64,000 bases of DNA, taken from contig JAZKBD010000011.1 in assembly GCA_040388785.1 (NCBI GenBank), forward strand, positions 16,401-80,400, in the 5' to 3' direction. Positions 27,699-37,569 of the stretch are shown here, piece after piece. Both the position numbers and the translations under genes were made by a program. Within the stretch, counting starts at the first letter, position 1. The number at the start of each line of letters is the position of its first letter. Origin of the DNA: Pseudomonadota bacterium (GTDB taxonomy: Bacteria; Pseudomonadota; Gammaproteobacteria; Xanthomonadales; Rhodanobacteraceae). The notes below the pieces were generated by a model. That model had not been told where the DNA came from and did not search any database. It was given only the letters and a program-made list of their open reading frames with translations.

Positions 27699-30600
27699 TC
27701 AATCCTGCAGCGTCAGCAGCGATGCATTGCCACCCGCCGCGGTGGTGTTGACGGTGAAGGTGCGTTCGGTCGCGAAGCGCAGGAGATAGTGCGGACCGCC
27801 GGCCTTGGGGCCGGTACCGGAAAGGTTCTCGCCGCCGAACGGTTGCACGCCGACCACAGCGCCGATCTGGTTGCGGTTGACGTAGAGGTTGCCGACTTTT
27901 GCGCGACGACGGATGTGGTCGACGGTTTCGTCGATGCGGCTGTGGATGCCGAGCGTCAGGCCGAAGCCGGTGGCGTTGATCGCGTCGATCACTTCGTCGA
28001 GTTCGCTCGCCTTCCAGCGCACCACGTGCAACGCGGGCCCGAACACTTCGCGGGTCAGCAGCTTGATCGACGGGATCTCGTACGCGCGCGGCGCGAAGAA
28101 GGTGCCGTGCTCGGCGCCTTCGGGTAATTTGGCCACGTTGATGAGCTTGGCCGAGCCGCGCATCACTTCCGCGTGTTCCTCGAGCGTCGCGCAGGAAGGC
28201 TGGTCGATCACCGGGCCGACGTCGGTCGAGAGCAGCGCCGGATCGCCGACCTTCAATTCGTCCATCGCGCCCTTCAGCATGTTGATCACGTGGTCGGCGA
28301 TGTCGTCCTGCACGAACAACACGCGCGCGGCCGAGCAGCGCTGGCCGGCGGAATCGAACGCGCTGGTCATCACGTCTTTCACGAGTTGCTCGGGCAGCGC
28401 GGAGGAATCCGCGATTAAGGCGTTCTGGCCGCCGGTTTCGGCGATCAGCGCGGCGATCGGCGCATTGCGTGCAGCCAGCGTGCGATTGATGGTCCACGCG
28501 GTTTCGGTGGAACCGGTGAAGCACACGCCGGCGATTTCCGCGCGCGTCAGCAGCGTGTTGCCGATCACCGAGCCGCGGCAGGGCGCGTACTGCAGGACTT
28601 TTTCGGGCACGCCGGCCTGGTGCAGCAGCTTCACCGCCATGTAGCCGATCAGCGTGGTCGGCTCGGCGGGTTTGGCGATCACCGCGTTGCCTGCCGCCAA
28701 TCCGGCGGCGACTTGTCCGGTGAAGATCGCCAGCGGGAAATTCCACGGCGAAATGCACACGAACACGCCGCGCCCGCGCAGGAACAACTGGTTGGATTCG
28801 CCAGTCGGGCCGCGCAAGTCTTCGGGTTTGCCGAACAGCTTGCGCGCCATCGCCGCGTAGTAGCGACACATGTCGGCGGCTTCGCGGATTTCGCCGATCG
28901 CGGCGGGAAGGGTCTTGCCGGCTTCGCGCACGCACAGCGCGATCAGCTCGCCGCGGTTCTGTTCGATCAGGTCGGCGGCGCGTTCCAAAATCGTCGCGCG
29001 CGCGTCGGCAGGCGTGTCGTCCCACCCGGTTTGTGCAGCGACGGCATTGTCGAGTGCGCGCAGCAAGGTCGCGGCGTCGGCATCGCGCGACTGGCCGACC
29101 ACGACACGGTGATCGGCCGGGCTGGTGACGTCACGCGTTGGCGTCGACGGTTGCGCGCCCGGGACCAGCGGTTCCGCCTGCCACGGTCCGCGCCTGGCGT
29201 TGACGGCTTCGGCGAGCGATTTCAGTTCGTCGTCGTTGGCAAGATTGACGCCCATGGAATTCTTCCGGAGTGTGCCGTACAGGTCGACCGGCAGGGGAAT
29301 GCGGGGATGCTGGTAATGGCCGCCGTGCGCCGCGCCGAACGCGCGCACTTCGACGCAGGGGTCGGCGACCAGATCGTGGATCGGCAGCGTCTCGTCGCTG
29401 ATGCGGTTGACGAAGCTGGTGTTGGCGCCGTTCTCGAGCAGGCGACGCACCAGGTACGGCAACAGGTCTTCGTGGCTGCCGCACGGCGCGTACACCCGGC
29501 ACGGCACGTTCCAATGGTCGGGACCGACGACTTCCGAGTACAGGTCGGCGCCCATGCCGTGCAGGCGCTGGAATTCGAAGGGACGTCCATTTGCGATGTG
29601 ACGGATCGCCGCGATGGTGTGTGCGTTGTGGGTCGCGAACTGCGGATAGATCACGTCCGCGCCGGCATCGAGCATGCGCCGCGCGTTGGCGAGATACGAC
29701 ACGTCGGTGTTGGGCTTGCGCGTGAACACCGGATAGCCGGCAAGGCCCAATTCCTGCGCGCGCTTGATTTCGGAATCCCAGTACGCGCCCTTGACCAGCC
29801 GCACGCACCAGCGGCGCTTGGCGGCCTTCGCGGTTTCGACCAGCCAGTCGATCACGAACGACGCGCGCTTCTGGTAGGCCTGCACCGCGAGGCCGAAACC
29901 GTTCCAGCCCGCAAGCGACGGATGCGTGAACACCGCTTCCATCACGTCCAGCGACAGTTCCAGCCGGTCGGCTTCCTCGGCGTCGATGGTGAGCGCGATG
30001 CCTTGTGCCTTCGCGAGTTGCGCCAGTTCCAGCACCACCGGGGTCAGCTCCGCGTGCACGCGTTCGCGCTTGGCGACTTCGTAACGCGGATGCAGGGCCG
30101 ACAGCTTCACCGAGATCGACGGCGCGACCAGCAGGTTGGCGGAGGGGCCGCGCCGGCCGAGCGCGAGGATCGCGTCGTGGTAGGCCTTCTTGTAACGCAG
30201 CGCGTCGGGCGCCGTGAAGGCGGCCTCGCCCAGCATGTCGTAAGAATAGCGGTACTTTGCGTTGTCGCCCTTGGCCGAACGGTCCAGCGCTTCCTCGATG
30301 GTGCGGCCCATCACGAACTGGTGGCCCATGATGCGCATCGCCTGGCGCACCGCGAGGCGGATTACCGGTTCGCCCGCGCGCCCGATCAGGCGCTTGAACG
30401 CGCCCGGCGCATCCGCGCGCGTGGCGTCGGCGAGGTTCACCAGACGGCCGGTGAGCATCAAGCCCCAGGTCGAGGCGTTGACGAACAGCGAATCGCTGGC
30501 GCCGAGATGCTTCTTCCAGTCGGCTTCGCCCAGCTTGTCGCGGATCAGCTTGTCGGTGGTGAGGCGATCGGGGATGCGCAGCAGCGCTTCCGCGACGCAC

Positions 30601-30863
30601 ATCAGCAGCACGCCTTCCTCGGAAGAAAGGTCGTACTGGCGCATGAAGGATTCCACCGCGCTCTGGTTGGCGCTGCGTTCGCGCACGCGCGACACCAGCG
30701 CCGCGGCCTGCGCTTCGACCGCTTCGCTTTCGCGCGCGGGAAGCGTGGCTTCGGCGAGCCGCGCCGCGACCACTTCGGATTCGTTGCCGCTCCACGCGGC
30801 GGTGATGCGCGCACGCGCGGCGCTCGGCGGCGCGGGCAATTCAGGGGCGAGGATTTCAGCCAT
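27699..30863 (-). CDS. putA: Bifunctional proline dehydrogenase / L-glutamate gamma-semialdehyde dehydrogenase PutA (short form, about 1054 aa)
   Basis: Start at ATG 30863 (MAEILAPELPAPP). The PRODH barrel region reads YSYDMLGEAA..VKLSALHPRY. The ALDH region reads FTGSTETAW, ETGGQNALIADSSALPEQ. The length suggests there is no N-terminal ribbon-helix-helix DNA-binding domain (inference). Confidence 0.95.
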   Translation of the reverse strand: MAEILAPELPAPPSAARARITAAWSGNESEVVAARLAEATLPARESEAVEAQAAALVSRVRERSANQSAVESFMRQYDLSSEEGVLLMCVAEALLRIPDRLTTDKLIRDKLGEADWKKHLGASDSLFVNASTWGLMLTGRLVNLADATRADAPGAFKRLIGRAGEPVIRLAVRQAMRIMGHQFVMGRTIEEALDRSAKGDNAKYRYSYDMLGEAAFTAPDALRYKKAYHDAILALGRRGPSANLLVAPSISVKLSALHPRYEVAKRERVHAELTPVVLELAQLAKAQGIALTIDAEEADRLELSLDVMEAVFTHPSLAGWNGFGLAVQAYQKRASFVIDWLVETAKAAKRRWCVRLVKGAYWDSEIKRAQELGLAGYPVFTRKPNTDVSYLANARRMLDAGADVIYPQFATHNAHTIAAIRHIANGRPFEFQRLHGMGADLYSEVVGPDHWNVPCRVYAPCGSHEDLLPYLVRRLLENGANTSFVNRISDETLPIHDLVADPCVEVRAFGAAHGGHYQHPRIPLPVDLYGTLRKNSMGVNLANDDELKSLAEAVNARRGPWQAEPLVPGAQPSTPTRDVTSPADHRVVVGQSRDADAATLLRALDNAVAAQTGWDDTPADARATILERAADLIEQNRGELIALCVREAGKTLPAAIGEIREAADMCRYYAAMARKLFGKPEDLRGPTGESNQLFLRGRGVFVCISPWNFPLAIFTGQVAAGLAAGNAVIAKPAEPTTLIGYMAVKLLHQAGVPEKVLQYAPCRGSVIGNTLLTRAEIAGVCFTGSTETAWTINRTLAARNAPIAALIAETGGQNALIADSSALPEQLVKDVMTSAFDSAGQRCSAARVLFVQDDIADHVINMLKGAMDELKVGDPALLSTDVGPVIDQPSCATLEEHAEVMRGSAKLINVAKLPEGAEHGTFFAPRAYEIPSIKLLTREVFGPALHVVRWKASELDEVIDAINATGFGLTLGIHSRIDETVDHIRRRAKVGNLYVNRNQIGAVVGVQPFGGENLSGTGPKAGGPHYLLRFATERTFTVNTTAAGGNASLLTLQD

Positions 30864-31008
30864 CGGCAATGACTCGGATATGACCGTCCATTGTAAGGCT
30901 TGCGCGCAGCGCAGCCAATGATGCGCGGCAGGATGCAGGCGCCGTGACGGCCTATTCTTGCCGCGATGTGCGGGTGGCCTTATGATTCCCCGGATTGCGG
31001 TACCGCTG

Positions 31009-31509
31009 ATGTCCATGATCACACGTCTTCCGGTGGCTGCCGAAACCGGGCAGGTGACACTGCTGCTGGCGCCCAACCGGGCGCTCAGCCGACAGCAGAT
31101 GCGCCAGTTGACGTGGGAGTTGTGCATCGCGGCGTTGCTGGTGGCAGGCCTTGCGGCGTGGGGGGGCGATGTGTTCGCGCCGCTGTTCGCGCTGATCGAG
31201 GTTCCGGTGCTTAGCGTTGCGTTGTGGCTGGTCTGGCGCAGCGGCGATCGCAGGGAACGCATCACGCTGGATACGGATCAGGTCCGCATCGAGCGACTCC
31301 CGGCCAGGGGCCGTGCAGCCAGCACGTTTCCGGTGGCGTGGACCCGGGTGCAGGTACGGGAGCGCGGCGATGGTCATCGCCACGTGGTACTGGCCGCGCA
31401 AGGGCGCGAGCAGGAAGTGGGCGAATGTTTGGGCGACGACGAAAGGATGCAGTTGTCGCGATGGTTGAAGGCCTTGCTGTCCGGCCGCAGCGGCTGGCGC
31501 GACAACTAG
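31009..31509 (+). CDS. DUF2244-like integral membrane protein (cox-cluster associated)
   Basis: LLLAPNRALSRQQMRQLTWELCIAALLVAGLAAWGG...VPVLSVALWLVWRS is a two-TM hairpin followed by a soluble tail. It sits directly upstream of coxB, as in other proteobacteria. The start is uncertain (31009 or 31015). Confidence 0.6.
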   Translation: MSMITRLPVAAETGQVTLLLAPNRALSRQQMRQLTWELCIAALLVAGLAAWGGDVFAPLFALIEVPVLSVALWLVWRSGDRRERITLDTDQVRIERLPARGRAASTFPVAWTRVQVRERGDGHRHVVLAAQGREQEVGECLGDDERMQLSRWLKALLSGRSGWRDN

Positions 31510-31533
31510 AAGATTATTCGGGGTGCGAATACG

Positions 31534-32457
31534 ATGATTTCCAGCAATTGCAAACGGCGGATCGTGGGGGCGGGCGCCGCCTTCGGTGCTCTGCTGGTAT
31601 CCATGGCCGCCGCCGCCGATCCGCGCCCGTGGCAGCTCAATCTCGACAAGGGCGTCACCCCGATCTCGCAGCAGATCTGGAACCTGCACATGGCCGCGCT
31701 GTGGGTATGCGTGGTGCTGGGCATCCTGGTGTTCGGCGCGATGTTCATTTCGATCGTTCGCTTCCGCAAATCGAAGGGCGCCGTTGCGGCAACCTGGAGC
31801 CACAACACCTTGCTGGAAGTCGCCTGGACGGTCGTGCCGGTGCTGATCCTGATCGGCCTCGCGGCGCCGGCGACCATCCTGACCCGCGACATGTACAACG
31901 CCACCGATTCGCAGATGACCATCAAGGTCACCGGCTATCAATGGCTGTGGCGCTACGACTACGTCAGCTACGACGGCAAGCCGGTCACCAGGGTGCCGAC
32001 CATTTATTCGCGGCTCGCGTGGGACAGCAACACCGCGCGCCAGCTCGACTCGGGGGTCAGTCCGTGGAGCGTGGTGGACAAGCAAACCGGCTTCCACGAT
32101 TACCTGCTCGACGTGACCCACCCACTGGTGATCCCGGCGGGCGTGAAGGTGCGCTTCCTGATCACCGCCGATGACGTGATCCACGGCTGGTGGGTGCCCG
32201 ATTTCGCGGCCAAGCGCGATGCCATTCCCGGCATCATGAACGACGCGTGGGCCAAGGTCGACAAGCCCGGCATCTATCGCGGCCAGTGCTACGTGTTGTG
32301 CGGCCAGGACCACAGCGCAATGCCGATCGTGGTCAAGGTGTTGCCGAAGGACCAGTTCAACGCCTGGCTCGCGGAACAGGAAAGCGCCGCGACACTCGAC
32401 AAGGCCGCGCGCACCGCGCAGACCGCGCCGCAGAAGCCCGACCCCGCAAAGGGTTGA
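31534..32457 (+). CDS. coxB: Cytochrome c oxidase subunit II
   Basis: Signal/TM segments are followed by the CuA centre VIHGWWVPDFAAKRDAIPG ... GQCYVLCGQDHSAMP. Confidence 0.9.
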   Translation: MISSNCKRRIVGAGAAFGALLVSMAAAADPRPWQLNLDKGVTPISQQIWNLHMAALWVCVVLGILVFGAMFISIVRFRKSKGAVAATWSHNTLLEVAWTVVPVLILIGLAAPATILTRDMYNATDSQMTIKVTGYQWLWRYDYVSYDGKPVTRVPTIYSRLAWDSNTARQLDSGVSPWSVVDKQTGFHDYLLDVTHPLVIPAGVKVRFLITADDVIHGWWVPDFAAKRDAIPGIMNDAWAKVDKPGIYRGQCYVLCGQDHSAMPIVVKVLPKDQFNAWLAEQESAATLDKAARTAQTAPQKPDPAKG

Positions 32458-32505
32458 TGCGGCGATACGAACAGCAGCACAAGGCATTCCAGAGGATTTC
32501 GCACC

Positions 32506-34116
32506 ATGTCCAGCACCGCGCAGGCCATCCACCACGAGGAACACCACCAGGGCTTCTTCGAGCGCTGGTTCATGTCCACCAACCACAAGGACATCGGCAC
32601 GCTGTACCTGTCGTTCTCGTTCCTGATGCTGTTCGTGGGCGGCAGTTTCGCGATGCTGATCCGCGGCGAGTTGTTCGAGCCGGGCTTGCAGTTGATCCAG
32701 CCTTATTTCTTCAACGAACTCACCGCGATGCATGGGCTGGTGATGATCTTCGGCGTGATCATGCCTTCGTTCGTGGGCCTCGCGAACTGGATGATCCCGA
32801 TGCAGATCGGCGCGCCCGACATGGCGCTGCCGCGCTTGAACAACCTGTCGTTCTGGATCCTGCCGTTCGCGTTCATCCTGCTGCTGTCGACGTTCTTCAT
32901 GCCGGGCGGCGCGCCGGCCGCGGGCTGGACGATGTATCCGCCGCTGGTGCTGCAGGGCGGTGACGCCATCGCCTTCATGATCTTCGCGATCCACCTGATG
33001 GGCATCTCGTCCATCCTGGGTTCGATCAATATCATCGCGACGATCCTCAACCTGCGCGCGCCGGGCCTCGACCTTTTGAAGATGCCGATGTTCTGCTGGT
33101 CGTGGCTGATCACCTCGTTCCTGGTGATCGCGGTGATGCCGGTGCTGGCCGGCGCGGTCACGATGATGCTGTTCGACCGCTTCTTCGGCACCAACTTCTT
33201 CAATGCCGCGGCGGGCGGCGACCCGGTGATGTACCAGCACGTGTTCTGGTTCTTCGGCCATCCCGAGGTGTACATCATGATCCTGCCCGCGTTCGGGATC
33301 ATCTCGGAAATCGTGCCGACCTTCTCGCGCAAGCCGTTGTTCGGCTACAAGGCGATGGTGTACGCGATCGCATGCATCGCGTTCCTGTCGTTCATCGTGT
33401 GGTCGCACCACATGTTCACCGTCGGCCTGCCGCTGGGCGCCGAGGTGTTCTTCATGTTCTCGACCATGCTGATCGCGGTGCCGACCGGCGTGAAGATCTT
33501 CAACTGGGTCACCACGATGTGGCGGGGCAGCTTGAGCTTCGAGGTGCCGATGCTGTGGGCGATCGCCTTTATCGTGCTGTTCTCGATCGGCGGCTTCTCC
33601 GGCGTGATGATGGCGCTGGTGCCGGCCGACTTCCAGTACAACCAGACCTACTTCATCGTCGCGCACTTCCACTACGTGCTGGTGGGCGGCGCGCTGTTCG
33701 CGATCATCGCCGGCGTGTACTACTGGCTGCCGAAGTGGTCGGGCCGCATGTATTCCGATTTCTGGGCCAAGCTGCACTTCTGGTCCAGCGCGATTTCGGT
33801 GAACGTGCTGTTCTTCCCGCAGCATTTCCTGGGCTTGGCCGGCATGCCGCGCCGCATCCCCGATTACAACGTCGCGTTCGCCGACTGGAACATGGTCTCG
33901 TCGATCGGCGGCTTCTGGTTCGGCGCGACCCAGTTGATCTTCGTGGGCGTGGTGATCCACTGCATCTTCTTCTCGAAGCAGAAAGCCGCCTCGAGGGTGT
34001 GGGAACACGCCTACGGACTCGAATGGACGCTGCCGTCGCCGGCCCCGCACCACAGCTTCACGGTGCCGCCGGTGATCGACGATACCAAGCTGGCGCATGG
34101 AGACATCAGCCATTGA
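32506..34116 (+). CDS. ctaD: Cytochrome c oxidase subunit I
   Basis: Canonical heme-copper oxidase subunit I sequence: WFMSTNHKDIGTLYL, HVFWFFGHPEVYIMILPAFG, VAHFHYVLVGG. Confidence 0.95.
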   Translation: MSSTAQAIHHEEHHQGFFERWFMSTNHKDIGTLYLSFSFLMLFVGGSFAMLIRGELFEPGLQLIQPYFFNELTAMHGLVMIFGVIMPSFVGLANWMIPMQIGAPDMALPRLNNLSFWILPFAFILLLSTFFMPGGAPAAGWTMYPPLVLQGGDAIAFMIFAIHLMGISSILGSINIIATILNLRAPGLDLLKMPMFCWSWLITSFLVIAVMPVLAGAVTMMLFDRFFGTNFFNAAAGGDPVMYQHVFWFFGHPEVYIMILPAFGIISEIVPTFSRKPLFGYKAMVYAIACIAFLSFIVWSHHMFTVGLPLGAEVFFMFSTMLIAVPTGVKIFNWVTTMWRGSLSFEVPMLWAIAFIVLFSIGGFSGVMMALVPADFQYNQTYFIVAHFHYVLVGGALFAIIAGVYYWLPKWSGRMYSDFWAKLHFWSSAISVNVLFFPQHFLGLAGMPRRIPDYNVAFADWNMVSSIGGFWFGATQLIFVGVVIHCIFFSKQKAASRVWEHAYGLEWTLPSPAPHHSFTVPPVIDDTKLAHGDISH

Positions 34117-34249
34117 TTTATGCAATCGTCCTTGATTGCTGCACGATGAAACGACGATACGCGAACAGTCATCCGCAATAGCAACACTACCTCGTCCATC
34201 CATGGCCTTGTTTTCAACAAAAGCCGCTCCGTTTGAATTACACGAAAGC

Positions 34250-34432
34250 ATGCTTCGAACACACGAAAACATTCCATTGAACGAAAAGCCGGCGCCGGAC
34301 GAACTCGCGCAACGGAAGGCGCGCGCGCGCCGCACCGCTTGGATCATCGCGGCGATCGCGGTCGCGTTCTTCGTCGCCAGCCTCGTGCAGGGACATTTCG
34401 CCGGCATCCCCAACTGGGTCCCCACACGTTGA
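34250..34432 (+). CDS. Small single-TM protein (cytochrome oxidase small assembly protein-like)
   Basis: MLRTHENIPLNEKPAPDELAQRKARARRTAWIIAAIAVAFFVASLVQG has a basic stretch followed by one TM helix. It lies between subunits I and III. The start is uncertain (34202 or 34250). Confidence 0.4.
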   Translation: MLRTHENIPLNEKPAPDELAQRKARARRTAWIIAAIAVAFFVASLVQGHFAGIPNWVPTR

Positions 34433-34474
34433 TCGGGTCATACCGTTCGCCAGCCATTTCCCGGAATCCATGAC

Positions 34475-35350
34475 ATGAGCCAACTCGACGCCAACGTCTA
34501 CTACGTTCCGCACAGCAGCCGCTGGCCGATCATCGCGGTGATCGGCATGTTCCTGTTCATGGGCGGCGCGGCGATCTGGCTGAACGGCTACGACGGACCC
34601 GGGCAGATCGTCCTGGCGATCGGCGCGCTGACCATCATCGGCATGATGTTCGGCTGGTTCGGCAACGTGATCCGCGAGTCGATGAAGGGCATCTTCAACG
34701 GCCAGGTGGATACCTCGTTCCGGATGGGGATGATGTGGTTCATCGTCTCGGAAGTGTTCTTCTTCGCGGCGTTTTTCGGCGGCCTGTTCTACATCCGCAC
34801 CTTCGTGGTGCCGTGGCTGGGCGGGCTCGGCGACAAGGGCGTCCTGACCAACGGCTACATCTGGCAGGGGTTCTCCGCGGCGTGGCCAACCAACGGTCCG
34901 GATTCGGTGGGCGGTTCGTTCATCGCCACCTCGCCGTGGGGCATTCCGCTGATCAACACGCTGCTGCTGCTGTCCTCGTCCATCACCGTGACGATCGCGC
35001 ATCACGCGTTGCGCGCGGGCAACCGCAAGCGCCTGATCGGTTTCCTCGGCCTCACCATCCTGCTGGGCGCGACCTTCCTCGGCCTGCAGGCGCACGAATA
35101 CTGGGAATCCTACGTCGACCTCAACATGACGTTGCACAGCGGCATCTACGGTGCGACGTTCTACATCCTCACCGGCTTCCATGGCCTGCACGTGACGCTC
35201 GGCACCATCATGCTGATCGTGATGTGGCTGCGCTGCGCGCGTGGACACTTCAACCGCGAACACCATTTCGCGTTCGAGGCGGTGTCGTGGTACTGGCACT
35301 TCGTGGACGTGATCTGGCTGTGCCTGTTCCTGTTCGTGTATATCCTGTAG
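34475..35350 (+). CDS. coxC: Cytochrome c oxidase subunit III
   Basis: YYVPHSSRWPI, FFFAAFF, GATFYILTGFHGLHVTLGTIML, WYWHFVDVIWLCLFLFVYI. Confidence 0.9.
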   Translation: MSQLDANVYYVPHSSRWPIIAVIGMFLFMGGAAIWLNGYDGPGQIVLAIGALTIIGMMFGWFGNVIRESMKGIFNGQVDTSFRMGMMWFIVSEVFFFAAFFGGLFYIRTFVVPWLGGLGDKGVLTNGYIWQGFSAAWPTNGPDSVGGSFIATSPWGIPLINTLLLLSSSITVTIAHHALRAGNRKRLIGFLGLTILLGATFLGLQAHEYWESYVDLNMTLHSGIYGATFYILTGFHGLHVTLGTIMLIVMWLRCARGHFNREHHFAFEAVSWYWHFVDVIWLCLFLFVYIL

Positions 35351-35435
35351 CTTCGTGTGAAGGGCCAATCCCTCTCCCGATCGGAGAAGTGATTCGGCAT
35401 TCGGCGTAGTCTTCGTTGGCGAGGCACGGCTGCCC

Positions 35436-37277
35436 GTGAACGCGATGCGTCACGAAGGGTGGATCGGTCTGGCGGCCTGCGTACTGCTTGCCTGCGCAGG
35501 GCCCGCGTCGGCCGCAGGGTGCACGCTGGGCAAATACGGCACGTTGTCGGTCGAAATGATCGGCGAGCGGCCCACCACGCTCGTCAAGGTCAATGGCGCG
35601 ACCACGCGCTTCGCAATCGACACCGGCGCGTGGTTCAGCTTCATGTCGCGCGCCAATGCCGATGCGCTGGGACTGAAGCTCGTCCCCGCGCCGTTCGGGT
35701 TTCGCATGGGCGGGATCGGCGGTTCTGCCGCTGCGGAAGTCGCCACGATCAAGGACTTCGACATCCTCGATACGGACCTGCACAACGTCGATTTCCTGGT
35801 CGGTGGTTCGGACGCAGGCGAAGGATCGCTGGGCGTCAATCTGCTCGATCTCGCGGATCTCGAAATCGACCTCGCGCACGGCAAGGTGACGCTGTTCAAG
35901 CCGGATGGCTGCCGCAAGTCGGCGCTCGCCTATTGGGTCAAGCAAGGCGGCACCTACAACGTTGCCGACCTGCATCCTTCCGTCGACTTCAATGACCGGC
36001 GCAGTTTCGTCGACGTGACGATCAACGGCAAAACGGTCCGCGCGTTGCTGGACAGCGGTGCCGTCGCCACCCTGCTTGACCGGCGTGCCGCCGAACGCGT
36101 GGGCATCGACCTGAAAGGGCTGGGCGTGAAGCCGGGTGTGCGTATCCGCGGCGTCGGCGCCAGGACGTATGCGTCGTGGATTGTGCCCATCGACACGTTC
36201 TCGGTCGGCACCGAAACGATCCAGCACAGCGAAATGCTGGTGATGGACGGCAATTTCGGCGATGGTTCGCACGACATGATCCTCGGCGTCGATTTCATGC
36301 TGGCCCATCACATGTATATCGCCAACAGCCAGCACAAACTTTATTTCACGTACAACGGCGGCCGCGTGTTTTCGCTGGACACTGCCTCGATCGGAGTGCA
36401 CGAGACGGCCGCTGCCGCGGCGAACGATGCGGGCGCCGAGCCGAAGACGGCGACGGATTATGCGTTGCGTGGCCAGGCGCGCCTGGCGCGCGGCGAGCTC
36501 GCGAACGCGCTGTCCGATCTGGATGCGGCCATCCGGCTGGACCCGAACAGCGCGGACGATCATTTGACGCGCGCCCGCATCCTGCTCGCGCAGAAACAGT
36601 CCGCAGCGGCGCTGGACGATCTCAACAAGGCGCTGGACCTCGATCCGAAAAACCTCGATGCGTTGCTGCTGCGCGCCCGACTGCATTACGGGAAAAAAGA
36701 CCAGGCCGGCGCTGCGGCGGATATCGCGGCAGCACAAAAACTCGCGCCGCCCGGTTCGATGCAATCCCGTTCCATTGCCTCGTTCTATCTCGCGATCGAC
36801 CAGCCGGCCAACGCCCTGCCTTTGCTGGATGCGTGGATTCGCGCGCACGGGGACGACTCCACGCTCGGCAGCGCGCTCAACGAGCGCTGCTGGGCGCGCG
36901 CGTTGGCCAACCAGTCGCTGAAAGATGCCCTGCACGATTGCCGCGAGGCCATCAAACGCGACGGCGACCGGGCGGCTTATCTGGACAGCCTGGGCATGGT
37001 GTACCTGCGGATGGGCAACGATGCCGAATCGATCAAGGCCTACCAGCAGGCGCTCGCGCAATCGCCGCACACGGCGTGGTCGCATTACGGCCTTGGACTG
37101 GCGGAATTGCACAGCGGGCAGACCGCTGCCGGCAACGCCGAATTGGCAACGGCGCGTTCGCTCGACCAGCAGATCGACGCGCGCGCCGCCAGGTTTGGCC
37201 TGGTTGCGCCGGGCGGAGCGCCAGCCAGCAAGGCGTCCGGCGCACAGCCTTCCAAGGGTCGGCCGGAGTTGCGATAA
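35436..37277 (+). CDS. Secreted protein with two retropepsin-like aspartic protease domains fused to C-terminal TPR repeats
   Basis: Signal peptide (WIGLAACVLLACAGPASA). Domain 1: TLVKVNGATTRFAIDTGAWFSFMS. Domain 2: VDVTINGKTVRALLDSGAVATLLDRRAAERVGI. At least 5 TPR-like units follow (ALSDLDAAIRLDPNSADDHLTRA, ALDDLNKALDLDPKNLDALLLRA ...). Start at GTG 35436 or ATG 35445. Confidence 0.7.
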   Translation: MNAMRHEGWIGLAACVLLACAGPASAAGCTLGKYGTLSVEMIGERPTTLVKVNGATTRFAIDTGAWFSFMSRANADALGLKLVPAPFGFRMGGIGGSAAAEVATIKDFDILDTDLHNVDFLVGGSDAGEGSLGVNLLDLADLEIDLAHGKVTLFKPDGCRKSALAYWVKQGGTYNVADLHPSVDFNDRRSFVDVTINGKTVRALLDSGAVATLLDRRAAERVGIDLKGLGVKPGVRIRGVGARTYASWIVPIDTFSVGTETIQHSEMLVMDGNFGDGSHDMILGVDFMLAHHMYIANSQHKLYFTYNGGRVFSLDTASIGVHETAAAAANDAGAEPKTATDYALRGQARLARGELANALSDLDAAIRLDPNSADDHLTRARILLAQKQSAAALDDLNKALDLDPKNLDALLLRARLHYGKKDQAGAAADIAAAQKLAPPGSMQSRSIASFYLAIDQPANALPLLDAWIRAHGDDSTLGSALNERCWARALANQSLKDALHDCREAIKRDGDRAAYLDSLGMVYLRMGNDAESIKAYQQALAQSPHTAWSHYGLGLAELHSGQTAAGNAELATARSLDQQIDARAARFGLVAPGGAPASKASGAQPSKGRPELR

Positions 37278-37293
37278 TCGGCGGTCTTCGTTG

Positions 37294-37503
37294 TCAGCGC
37301 ACGTACACGCCGTGCGGATGCAGCACGCCGGTGACGATGCCGATCACGATCAGTGCGATCAACAGCACCGAGAATGCAACACGTCGCGTCAACGCCCACA
37401 CCGTGCGGCCGGTGAACGCCGTCGAGATCATCCAGTACACGGGGAAGATCACCACCAGGAACACGATGACCAGAACGGCCTTGTACACGGTGGTGAATGA
37501 CAT
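37294..37503 (-). CDS. Twin-transmembrane-helix small protein (DUF2909-like)
   Basis: Only the last 69 codons of ORF 37294..38271 look real: MSFTTVYKAVLVIVFLVVIFPVYWM...GRTVWALTRRVAFSVLLIALIVIGIVTGVL. It holds the usual position next to SURF1 in cox clusters. Confidence 0.65.
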   Translation of the reverse strand: MSFTTVYKAVLVIVFLVVIFPVYWMISTAFTGRTVWALTRRVAFSVLLIALIVIGIVTGVLHPHGVYVR

Positions 37504-37569
37504 GGGCAGGTCGTGCGCGGAAACGCCGAGTATAGCGTTGCGCTGCGGGCCGACGGCGCGCGCGGCGTG

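Noticed and set aside
30952-34425. 1157-aa ORF on the minus strand spanning the whole coxB-coxA region.
   Set aside because: It is antisense to unmistakable cytochrome oxidase subunits I and II. Its translation is Arg/His/Asp/Gln-rich with no motifs. It is a typical shadow ORF of GC-rich DNA.
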